Source: Camelus dromedarius | Lineage: Eukaryota | Reading direction: 5' to 3' | DNA length: 64,000 bases | Assembly: GCF_036321535.1 (NCBI RefSeq) | Contig: NC_087454.1 | Coordinates: forward strand, 21,762,001 to 21,826,000 | Shown: positions 35,899 to 46,220 of the stretch, one piece after another | How the letters are laid out: each line of letters starts with the position of its first letter | How positions within the stretch are numbered: position 1 is the first letter of the stretch | The notes under the pieces: model-generated | What the model was told of the DNA's origin: nothing | What the model saw: only the letters and a program-made list of their open reading frames with translations | Database searches by the model: none | Made by a program: the position numbers and the translations under genes

Positions 35899-36732
35899 CA
35901 ACAGCCCCCCCTTGTCCATGGTTTCACCTTACTTGGTTTCAGTTACCTACAGTCACCCGCAGTCCAAAAATACTAAGTGGAAAATTCCAGAAATAAACAA
36001 TTTGTAAGTTTTAAATTGCACATTGTTTTGAGTAGTGTGATGAAATCTCTCACCGTCCCACCCACTCCAGCTGGGTCAAATCACGCTTTGTTCAGCCTTT
36101 CCCAGTCTTTAGTCATTTAGGAACCGCCGTGTTATCAGATCAACTGTCGTGATATCACAACGCTTGTGTTCAAGTAACCCTTATTGTACTTAATAATGGC
36201 CCCAAAGCACAAGAGTACTGATGCTGGCGATTCGGATGTGCCAAAAAGAAGCTGGAAGGGGCTTCCTTTAGGTGAAAAGGTGAAAGTTTTCAACTGGGTA
36301 AGGAAAGAAAAAACAAATCATATGCTGAGGTTGCTAAGATCTACCGTAAGAACGAATCTCCTATCCATGAAATTGTGATAAAGGGAAAAGAAACTCGAGC
36401 TAGTTTTGCTGTTGCACCTCGAACTGCAAAAGTTTCGGCCACCATACAGCTAAGACGGAAAAGGCATTAAGTTTGTATAATAAGATATTTTAAGAGAGAC
36501 AGAGAGACCACATTCACATAACTTTTATTACAGTATATTGCTACAGTTGTNNNNNNNNNNNNNNNNNNNNNNNNNNNNNNNNNNNNNNNNNNNNNNNNNN
36601 NNNNNNNNNNNNNNNNNNNNNNNNNNNNNNNNNNNNNNNNNNNNNNNNNNNNNNNNNNNNNNNNNNNNNNNNNNNNNNNNNNNNNNNNNNNNNNCTTGGA
36701 ACGCATTCCCCACGGACAAGTAGGGGCGGCTG
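35899..36732 (+). mobile_element. MER44/Tigger7 (Tc1-mariner/pogo) non-autonomous element with transposase N-terminus remnant
   Basis: TA at both flanks (35897-35898, 36733-36734); degenerate TIRs caacagcccccccttgtcc / ggacaagtaggggcggctg; MAPKHKSTDAGDSDVPKRSWKGLPLGEKVKV resembles the Tigger7 CENP-B-type HTH start. Confidence 0.9.
36551..36694. other. N-run, 144 nt, inside MER44
   Basis: Directly visible. Confidence 0.99.
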
Positions 36733-37038
36733 TACGTTTCTGCTTTATCTGCGCTTCCTATTCTGCCACACAGAATAGCAAAAAGATGTGTACTCGAGAA
36801 TACAGATGTAATAAAGTTAATGATTTTTATTGGCTTATTGAGGACATTCTTAGTGAAACTGGCTTTTCTCTTTCCCGCAGTGCTTGGTGGTGATGGATAC
36901 ATGCCTACGGGTGCTAGATTTGTGCTAAGGCACCAACAACACTTTGAAGCACTATAGCTTTTGCACCATCAGTTGCAAATATCAACACAGCAAAAATGGC
37001 AAATAACATGTCTTAGTATTACTATGAAAATAGTTTTG

Positions 37039-37125
37039 GGAAATAGCTCAGCGGTAGAGTGAAGACTTAGCATGTGTAAGGTCCTGGGTTCAGTGCCGAG
37101 TGCCTCCATTAAGAAAAGAAAGAAA
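37039..37125 (+). mobile_element. Vic-1-type camelid SINE
   Basis: atagctcagcggtagag...aggtcctgggttcagtgcc...cctccatt, A tail, perfect 13-bp TSD gaaaatagttttg (37026-37038, 37126-37138). Confidence 0.92.
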
Positions 37126-37269
37126 GAAAATAGTTTTGACCACATAGCCCTCCTGAAAGGGTCTTGGGACTGCAACTTGAGGACTGAGCCCCTAAAGGTA
37201 GAGGCTGTATCGTCATCTTGTCCCCGGGTCCTCGGCACAGCAACGGTGCAGAGTAACAGTCAACAGTGC

Positions 37270-37390
37270 TGAGCACTCACTGGGAACCTTCGAGGGACGG
37301 ATTCATTACCTCACAACAGCCTTTGAGATAGGTATTTTCATTATCATACCCATTTCACAGGTGAGGGGACTGAGCCCCAGAGCGGGGCCT
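37270..37390 (-). mobile_element. MIR
   Basis: cctcacaacagcctttgagataggtatt...cccatttcacaggtgaggggactgag. Confidence 0.7.
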
Positions 37391-37799
37391 CGCTCTACCG
37401 CCTCTTTGTCAGAGACTCGTGCTGACTCCAGAAACAAGGCTGGGAAATTATTCCTCTCTGCATTCCTAGTCAGCTCTTCAGATTCAATAAAGCTCCATCT
37501 GTACATGTGAACCTCCCAGGCACCCCTCCACACAGTTGGCAAATCTTCTCGTCCCCACACACCAGTCAGAGAAACTGAGACACTGAGAGGGTAGGGGTTT
37601 GTCCGGGACCAAAGTGCACGTCTGCCCAGGGCCCTGGACACTAGAGCGAGCAAGGCAGCTGGAGGGTGGTCCCAGTGCTCAGACAGCAGGGCCCAGCCTG
37701 GTCCTGAGTGCCCAGTGGCTAAGCAGCCCCAGCCCCTCACCCAGAAAAGCCTCTACTCCACACTTTCCCTCCTGATCCCGGGACCCGGGGCCTAAGGAA

Positions 37800-38190
37800 A
37801 GGTTGGGCTATGTGACTTTCCCTCTCTATACCACAATCTACTTATCTAGACAGCGGGGTGGCAGTTGCCAGTACAGCCTCACTGACCTCTGCATCTCCTT
37901 CTGGCTCCCCAGTTGTCGCCGAGGCTCCCCAGACCCGCCATGCATGCCAATCGCCTCTGGGAGGCGCCGAGCCCCTGACAGAATCAGTTAACACACAGAC
38001 ACCTCTCCTCTGTTTGCTGAGCCCCTGGAGGCCCTGGCTCATTTTCTCCCCCTCCCAGAAATCACAGAAAAGTAAACAACCACCCGGAGACGCTCCACTG
38101 GGTAAACAACCTAGAGTTTGCTCTCCAAATTGCCACTCGCCCCCACCCCGGAAGGTTGCACCGAGAGCTGACAAGTTTATCTGTAATTCA
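37800..38190. promoter_or_regulatory. Candidate enhancer with forkhead motif cluster
   Basis: GTAAACAACC at 38072 and 38102, TGTTTGCT at 38011. Confidence 0.4.
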
Positions 38191-38764
38191 CAGCCCTGGA
38201 TTCCCTGTCACCCACTGCTCCCCTCCTTCCACCACATGTGCTGCCAGAGCTGGAGGGGCTGGGGGGCCTTGGGCAGTCGCAGGGGGGCTGCCCTGAGCGG
38301 GTGGGTGGACAGCCAGGACAAGGGGACCCCCTGCTAAAAAGAGGCTCACATTGGAGCCAAACCCAATATCGTGGACCCTTGCATCTTGGCCTGTTCTGCA
38401 GTGTGCCACCCAGGGTCACCTTCCCAAGGCTGCTCTGGGTCCCTCTGCCCTGCTCCAAAATTCTCCCCTTCTCTCTGCCCCAATTTCTTGTCATCTCAGC
38501 TTCTATACCTCTCTCTGTCCCGTTCTACCCTCCTTGTTCTCACCTGCCAGTCCTCCTCCCCATCTAACCCTGAGGAGCCCCTGTGACCCACCTCTCCCCA
38601 CCCTTGGGTCCCTCCCCACAACATGTAACACCAATGGAGGTCCTGGGGGTCCAGGACCTGACAGGGCCCTGCCCTGAAGAGCCAGCAGACAGACAAGAAG
38701 CTCACACCATGACAGACGAAGGGCTCGGTCATGTTGCTGTCACCCAGACTGCCTCCCTCCTTCT

Positions 38765-39070
38765 TGACAGGTGAGGAAACCAAGGCTGGCAAGGCGAGGA
38801 AGGGCCTGCCCAGGGTGACACAGCTGGCAAGTGGCTGAGCTGGCCTGGACTCCAGGTTTCTTTCCTGACTTTGGGAACAGCTGTTAGAGCTGCAGAATAC
38901 TTTGGACCTGGATTCCAACCCTTGGGGGTGTCTGTTAACACCTCTGTGCCTCAGTTTCTTCATCTGTAAAGTGGAAGCAAACAATCCCTGCCCCAGAAAG
39001 GTATCTGTCATCTAGCAGGTATTTAGAAACCAGTAGCTGTAATTATTATTATTATTACTAAAATCATTAT
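38765..39070. mobile_element. Adjacent MIR fragments in opposite orientations
   Basis: acaggtgaggaaaccaaggct...ggtgacacagctggcaagtgg; cctctgtgcctcagtttcttcatctgtaaagtgg. Confidence 0.65.
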
Positions 39071-39989
39071 TGTTGCCAGTACATGACAGTCCCAGATCCA
39101 AGAGTGATTTTTAAGGGACAGTTTTGCCAAGCAGCCCCTCTGACAGCTGAGGCTTGGACTCCTATGACCTGGTTGGGGAAGTGGAACCTTGACAGCTGAG
39201 ATCAGAAGCATAAGACTGAGAAGGTAGCAGGCGCAGAATCCAAAAGCGGCAAAATGAGGATGGCTTAAGAGGATTAAGATCTGGCATGTGAACATCACCA
39301 ACTGTCAGCAAAAGGCAGGAAAGCCAGTTGATAACCTGCGGTGGGACTGGATAAGGAAAACCCACCTCCAAATCCCCATTGCCCCAGGAGGAGGGCCCTG
39401 GAGGCCTGAGAGGGTTGTCTAGGGACAAAGATGGCAGCTTGGAACCAGCCCACAGCACAGGCTGGAATGCTGGTCCAGCCCTGAGTTGTCCAGTGCTGGG
39501 AGCCGCCCACATTTGGAAAGTTCTGCCTTGGACAGGAGAGGCCCAGAGTCTGGGCAGGTGTCAGAGGTGTGAACCAGAGGGGGACCTACATCTCCTGGAA
39601 GTTGCCAATGCCCTGTGCCACCTCAGATGTGAGGCGCAAAGTCCAGGCTTTGTGTTCAGAAACTGACCACTGCATGACATAGAATGTTGGGCGAATGGGA
39701 GCTGTGTCACAGATCTGCGTTGGCTTGCTCAGGTTTTCACAGGCAGAGAAATCCATTTCTATCTTGTTTAAGCCACTATTAATTTGGGCCTCTGCTGCAT
39801 GACACCAATTCTCAGTAGTAACTAACAGAACCAGCCGCGGCTTCATTGCTCCTCTGCTGGGGTGGGAGGTACGGGTAGCAGTCTCTGCGGGAGTCTCTTT
39901 TTATTGTTTTCTGTTTAATCTTGTATTATAATTTACTTTTTTAAATAGGTAATAAATGCACATAGTGCAACATTTAAAAGGCACAAAAC

Positions 39990-40445
39990 TGCCATCAAGA
40001 CTAGGTTTGACTGTAATAGAGACTGCCATTTGACATTGGCTGAAACAGGGTAAAGGATTATTTCTCTCTCATCTGATAGTGTAGAGTAAGCAAACAACCC
40101 AGGATGGTTCTACTCCATGCAGAGTTCAGGGACCCAGGCTGCTTCCAGATCCCTGCCCCGCAACCCCTGGGTGTGTCCCCTTCTCCCTGGTCCAGTATGG
40201 TGGCCATGTAACTGTGTCCCAAGCAATAGGAAGGAGGCAGAGAAGATAAAGGGGCCAGAGACACACCAGCTGTCTTTTCAGGAAGGTTTTTAGAAACTGC
40301 CTCATGATGCTTCTATTTGCATTCCACAGACCAGAACTTAATCACGTAACCAGCCCAAGCTACAAGAAAGATTGGGAAATGTAGCCTTCCTCCCGGCAGC
40401 CATGTGCTCAAGGGGAGAACGGAGATTGGTGAACATCAGTGATAC
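39990..40445 (-). mobile_element. MLT1-type LTR
   Basis: ttcagggacccaggctgcttcca...ccagaacttaatcacgtaacc...gggaaatgtagcc. Confidence 0.7.
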
Positions 40446-40449
40446 AAAA

Positions 40450-40890
40450 AATGTAGAGTGAAGAATCTCTGGTGGAGGGGTAGATAGAGGCTGGATTGCA
40501 CAGGTGTATACATTTTTCAGAGCTCAGGGAATGATCTACTTAAGATTTGTGCATTTCACTTTATGTAAATATTATCTCTAAACATGTCTAACAAACACAA
40601 AAAGGAACTATAAACAAATATTGAGCTCTAGTTACCGATGCGCAAGCAGAAGTGTATGGGGTAAAATATACTGATGTCTGCAACTTACTTTGAAATGCAT
40701 CAAAAATAAGATGGCTGGGTGAATGGAGAAAGTTGAAATAAAGTAAATCTAGTGAGATGTTAATCACAGAATTTAGGTGGTGGATAGATGGGTTTTCTCT
40801 GTCCAACTCTTTTGACCTTTCTGTATGCTTGAAAATTTTTATAATAAATTGTTTGTAAAAAAAAAAAAAAGAAAGAAAGAAAGAAAAGTC
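40450..40890 (+). mobile_element. Old L1 3' end (L1MC/L1ME-like) with A-rich tail
   Basis: ctacttaagatttgtgcatttcac; gatgtctgcaacttactttgaaatgcatcaaaaataagatgg; tttctgtatgcttgaaaatttttataataaa followed by A tail. Confidence 0.75.
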
Positions 40891-42359
40891 TCCTTTGCTT
40901 CCATCCCATCCTCTCATCACCCAGATCCTCCCAGCAGCTTCTGTGTATCCCACTGACTGCAGTCTAGGCAAGTACAAACATGCCGCATACACAACAGTCT
41001 GTCTTCTCCCAGCGCCAGCCTGCTCCTTGTGCTTTTTGCTCCTTGATTGAGAGAAACCCCTTGATCAGACTCCCCCTCCCGGGAGCCACTGCCCCCTGAG
41101 CTGCCCAGGCAATCAAAGAAGGTCCCCTCTAGGGACCACCTCTCATCACCTCAACATCCTCACAGCTTCCCAGTGCCCAGCAGCCCCAGACCCACATCCT
41201 ACCTGCTCAGTGAGTCCCATCAGATCTCATCCCTTCCCTCCCCAGACCCCCACCATCTATTAACTTCCACCATCTTCTTAGAAACTTCCTGCCATCTCAT
41301 GGTCTTACGGAATCCAGCTGATTCCTTCCCAGTAACTCCTGGACCCTCCCCACCCCCATATTTCAGGATAGATGGGGCCAGGGGGCATCCTCCTGGGCTC
41401 TCCTTGGTCTCTTGGTCCTCTTGGTTCGGATCTTTCTTTTAGGCTCTTGGCCCATGGGTTTCCTTGCCACTCTTTCTAGTTGGCCCCCTCATGACTCCAA
41501 CATCCACCTGGTGACCCATTTCAGAGAAGAGGCTCTGCTGGGCTCCAGGGACATAGCATCTTGGTGAGATCTTGAAAGGGGAACGGGGTTCAGGCAGGCA
41601 GAGAATGGGAACACACTCTCAGGGCACAGGTAAAGGCTGGAGGTGGGAGGCAGCAGTCTCAGTCAGAACACAGTGATGTGGCTGGGGTGGCTGCAGTCTG
41701 GGGAGGAAGAAGCAGAGGGACAGGAAGCCACAGAGGGAAGGAGGCCTGGGGCCGGGACACCACACAAAGGAACAGCTCCTTGCTCAGGCAGGTAGGGGAG
41801 GGCAGTTTAAGGGGGAGGGCATCCACCCCATCAGAGGTTAAAGAGGGCAGAGCCACCCCAGGCCTCCAGGGAGGTGTGGGGTGTGAGGCTGAGAGGGAAA
41901 GACATTTTTAATTTTGAAAGGCGTTGCTTGACTCCCCTCCATGGGGGTTTTGGCAGCCTCCCGCTCTCTCCAATGAGGTCTGAGAAGCCTGCTTTGTTTA
42001 TGCAGTTTCTGAACATGGTACTCGGCCTCGGTGCCTGGGGACCCGGCCAGGTATTGATTTTCCCCCAGCGGGTTTGCAGAGAAGATTTGCTCAATCTTCA
42101 GGTCGCCAGGGGAACACTGCTCCAAAGCCCCATTCCCTCTGCCTCTCCCTCCCTTCCCTACTCCTCCTGCAGCTTCCTGCCCCTCACCAGGCTCACAGCT
42201 CCATCCTCTGGGCTTCAGCCCAGGCACCGCCTCCTCCTGGAAGCCCTACCTGAACTCCCACCCAGGGGTGAGGAGCCCCTTCTCTGTGTGCCCATACTGC
42301 ATGGGCTTTGCTTCACCCCAACCTATCTCTATGTGTTACAATTCTTGGTTTAAGTGCTT

Positions 42360-42570
42360 ATGAAGAGAAAGCAAAGCCAGAGGAGAGAGGCCTGGAGAGT
42401 GTCTGCTATTTTAAATGGGGTGGTCAGAGGGCCCCTCTCTGAGAGACATTTAAGTAGAGACTAGACGGAAGTGAAAGGGTGAACCAGGTAGGTATCTGGG
42501 AAAAGAGTGGTCCAGGCAGAAGTGACAGCAAGTGCAAAGGCCCTGAGGTAGGGGTGTACTTAGCACCTGG
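42360..42570 (-). mobile_element. L2 fragment
   Basis: ggggtggtcagagggcccctctctgagagacatttaag...ccaggcagaagtgacagcaagtgcaaaggccctgagg. Confidence 0.75.
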
Positions 42571-43553
42571 TGTGCATCCTGAATCCTGAGTGTATCCTTG
42601 GTCTCTGTCGCTCTCACTCTTGCTCTCTCTCCCTCTCCAGCAGCAAGAAGGAAAATGTTGGACCAGATTCAAAGGGAGAGAATCAGGCCAGCTGCCCTAG
42701 TACTGCCTCCCTTTGGGTCCCCCCAACCTGCAGCCCTGGACCCCTCTGCCAGCCCTGCCTGCCCTCCCTACTTAACAGGTAGCCACATAAGCTGCTTCCT
42801 GCCAGGAATCCAGAGGATTGCCTTATTTGCCTGCAAAGTCCCCTAATTTTTTACTCAAAGCCAAATACCATAATGCCTAACTGCCTGTAATGGGTCTCCC
42901 CAACCTGGGTTCTGTGGGCCAGGAACCAGACTGGGGCAAGTCCTCTTCCTGCAAAGGGCCTGGAGCTTATGGCTAAAAGCCCAGTAGAGGGTTACTGGAA
43001 GAGAAGCCCCAGGTGCTCCACTCTGAGGCCAGCTGTCCAAGGACGGTGTTTCCCAAGGAGGTCACCGGGGATAGGGGGGAACCACGAGGCTGTGGAGACA
43101 GGCTGCCCGGGCTTGCATCCGGCTCTGTCTCCCACCAACTGCCCACCGTGGGCAGGCTGATTTCCCCATGGCACCTCTCACCTATAAAGTGGGGGTGATG
43201 ATAGGGTTAGTGCGAGGTCTAAAGGAGACGTATCTTAGCCCGTGGTTCTTAGTCCTTGTCAAGTGTTATCAAAGTGTTTTTTAAGTAAAAAGGAGAGTGC
43301 TTAGTAAAATGTATTTGAAAACCACTCTCTTACATGTAATTGTATTTAAAACGTTCAGTAGGAAAAAGTTTTGCCCCCTTTAAGAGTAATCTGGGAAGAA
43401 ACTGCTCTGTCAGCACAAAGTCAGTGATTAGGAAACAAAGCAGGAGTTGCCAATGGTTTAATTAGCTCCTTTTATTACTTTAAGGCCAAGTGCAGAGGCC
43501 TGCACAGGTGGGAGTGGTGATCTGCCTGGGAAAGGCCAGCACACCTTGGTTTA

Positions 43554-43570
43554 GCGGCACCAGGTGGCGG
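43554..43570 (+). promoter_or_regulatory. Candidate CTCF site
   Basis: GCGGCACCAGGTGGCGG, one mismatch to the CCACCAGGTGGCG core, in non-repeat sequence. Confidence 0.5.
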
Positions 43571-43713
43571 GGACCCCCACCTCAGCCTTGGCAAACAGGC
43601 TGAGCTGAATTGGCAGAGCCTGGGTTCTGTGGATCAGGGGCTCAGTCTGTAGGCATCTGACCCTCAACAGCTAAGGAGGCCCAAGGCAAGGGGGACTGTG
43701 TGGGTGCCAGGGC

Positions 43714-43754
<41 letters not shown>

Positions 43755-43756
43755 TG
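43714..43756. repeat. (CTGG)n microsatellite
   Basis: ctggctggctggctggctggctggctggctggctgactggctg. Confidence 0.9.
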
Positions 43757-44429
43757 AATGGATGGTTGGATGCATGGAACATGATATAAGTGTACTGAGA
43801 GAATGAAAAGTCCAATGGTAACAAGAGGAGTAGAAAGTCAGCAAGCTACGTGGGCCAGGCTTCCACTGCCTATTCAAACTTTCTGCCCAGACATCATCTT
43901 TCTTTTTCCATCTCTTTGATTACTAAGGCACACTCTCAGTTTGTCCTTAAAAGGAAAAAAAGCATGACCAGAGGGAGGTGGGCATGAGTCTGTGCCTTTG
44001 CAGTTCTTTGTCCACGTTCTTTGTCAGTCTTCCCTTGAGGGCAGAAACAAACGTCAATATGATTTATTGAGCACCTAACAAGTGCCCTGCAGTGTATATC
44101 CTTCACTTCTCCCAACTGCTGTCCCACACTGAGACCACACTCCCATTTCACAGATAGGAAAACTGAGGTTAAGTGACTGCTCTGTGAAATTGCTAAGCAT
44201 GGAGATGTCCCACAGAGCAAGAGGGATGTTCAGCAGTCAGGACTGAGGCTGGGGTCCTGGGTGCCCCCTCCCCTTCTCAGATCTCTCCACCTGCCCTTCT
44301 CCCTCTCCCAGAGCCTGGTCCCTGGGTGTGCCCCTGAAGAGCTGCAATCAGGTAACAGACTCCAGTCACAGGGATGGAAGTTAATTTCCACCAAGTGCCA
44401 AAATGCAGTGGGGTTTAAAAGAGAAGGCA

Positions 44430-46220
44430 GGATATTGGGAAAAATTAAAGAAGACATTCATAAAGGGAGAGGTATACCACATTCCTGCACTAGATGACTC
44501 AGTATTGGTAGCGTATCAGTTCTCCCCGAAATGATCTGTAGATTCAGCACAATCCCAATCAAAGTCCCAGGAAGCCTTTGTGGAAATTGACAAGCCAATT
44601 CTAAAATATATATGAAAATGCAAAAGACCTAAAATAGCCAAGGCAATCATGAAGAAGAATAAAGATGAATGACTTAAACTACTTGATTTTAAAACTTTCT
44701 ATAAAGCTACAGCAATTAAGACACGGTGATAATTTAAGGTTTAAGGGTAAACAAAAATATTAGCATAAGAGAATAGAGAGAATCCAAAAATAGATCCACA
44801 CATATAGGGTCAGTTGATTGATGACAAAGACACCATTGCAATTCAGTGGAAAAAGGATTTTCTTTTCAATAAGAGATGCTGGATCAATTGGATCATATAT
44901 GAAAAAAATGAAGTTTGATTCCTACCTCATATAATAAAATTAATTCTAAATGGATCATAGATCTAAATCTGAACAACAAAACAATAAAGCTTCTAGACAA
45001 AATATGAGGATATTTTCATGACTGAGATACGCAAAGATTTCTTAAACATAACACAAAAATCACTAAATATAAAGAAAATAATGGATTTTTATTGAAATTT
45101 AAACATCCATTCATCAAAAAACAACCATAGTGAAAAGGCAAGCTACAGACTGGGAAAAACTATCTACCTATACATATATTGGATGAAGAACTCCTATCCA
45201 GAATATATAAAGAGTTCCTACACATCAAAAAAAAAAAAATTAAAAATGGCCAAAAGACTTTACCAGGCACTTCACAAAGAAATCCAAATATTCCTTAAGC
45301 TATGAAAAAGTTCTCAACATCATTAATCACTAGGAAAATGCAAATTAAAACCAAAATGAGGTACTACAATATACCCACTAGAATGGCAAAAAAAGAAAAA
45401 AAAACCTGACAACACCAAGCATTGGTTACCACAAAACAACTGGAACTCTCATACATACACTGCTGGTAGGAATGTAAACTGTACAACCACTTTGGAAAAC
45501 TATTTGACCCCATCTTATAAACCTAAGAACATATCAAACAGAAGACCCAACAGTTTCACTCCTAGGCATTGACTCAAGAAAAATCCAAACATATTTTTAT
45601 AAAAAGACATATGTAAGTATGTTCGTAGCAGTTTTATTTAGAACAGCCCCAAACTGGAAAGAACTTAAATATGCATCAAAGAGAGGAAGAATAAATAAGG
45701 TATAATATAATCATTCAATGGAATATTACTCGGCGATGAAAAGGAACCAACTATTGATACATACAATATGCATGAATGTCACAAATATTATGCTGACTGA
45801 AATAATCCAGACACAAAAACTACATACAGTTAATTCTATTTATTTGGAGTTCAAAAACAGGCAAATAAATTTATGGTGATAGGATAGTGGAGGTTAGTTA
45901 TTGACTAGGAGGGGCCATGAGGGAACACTCAAATCTGGAAATTTTCTGTATCTTTAAAAACATTTTTTTTATTAACTTTTTTGTTGTTTGTGGGATTTTG
46001 GTTGGGGGAACTAGGTTTATTTGTTTAGTGGAGGTACTGGGGATTGAACCTAGGACCTTAAGCATGGTAAGCACACACTCTACTGCTGAGCTGTAACTTC
46101 CCCCCTTATATCTTGGTTTGAATAATGGTTACATGGCTGTGTGTATGTGTAAAAATTCACTAGACTCTAGACTTGATATTTTTGCGCTTTACTGTGTTTG
46201 TATTCTCGCAATTTTTTAAA
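44430..46220 (+). mobile_element. Old L1 (3' half of ORF2 plus 3' UTR), interrupted by a Vic-1 SINE
   Basis: gtagattcagcacaatcccaatcaaa; ggaaaatgcaaattaaaacca; gaactctcatacatacactgctggtaggaatgtaaact; 3' UTR. Confidence 0.9.
45950..46104 (-). mobile_element. Vic-1-type camelid SINE
   Basis: tttagtggaggtactggggattgaacctaggacc...ctctactgctgagctgtaacttcccc; T-rich tail on left; tatctt repeated at flanks. Confidence 0.9.

Larger units (their letters stand above)
35170..37186. mobile_element. Charlie1a-like hAT transposon interrupted by MER44 and a Vic-1 SINE
   Basis: tttcaagtaaaattggtgctccgtgaaaaaa...gagacaattatca | tgccacacagaatagcaaaaagatgtgtactc...gaggacattcttagtgaaactggc...gaaaatagttttgacc...cctgaaagggtcttgggac. 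Confidence 0.8.

Noticed and set aside
36184-36378. Transposase-like ORF
   Set aside because: Frameshifted N-terminal remnant inside non-autonomous MER44/Tigger7, not a domesticated TIGD gene
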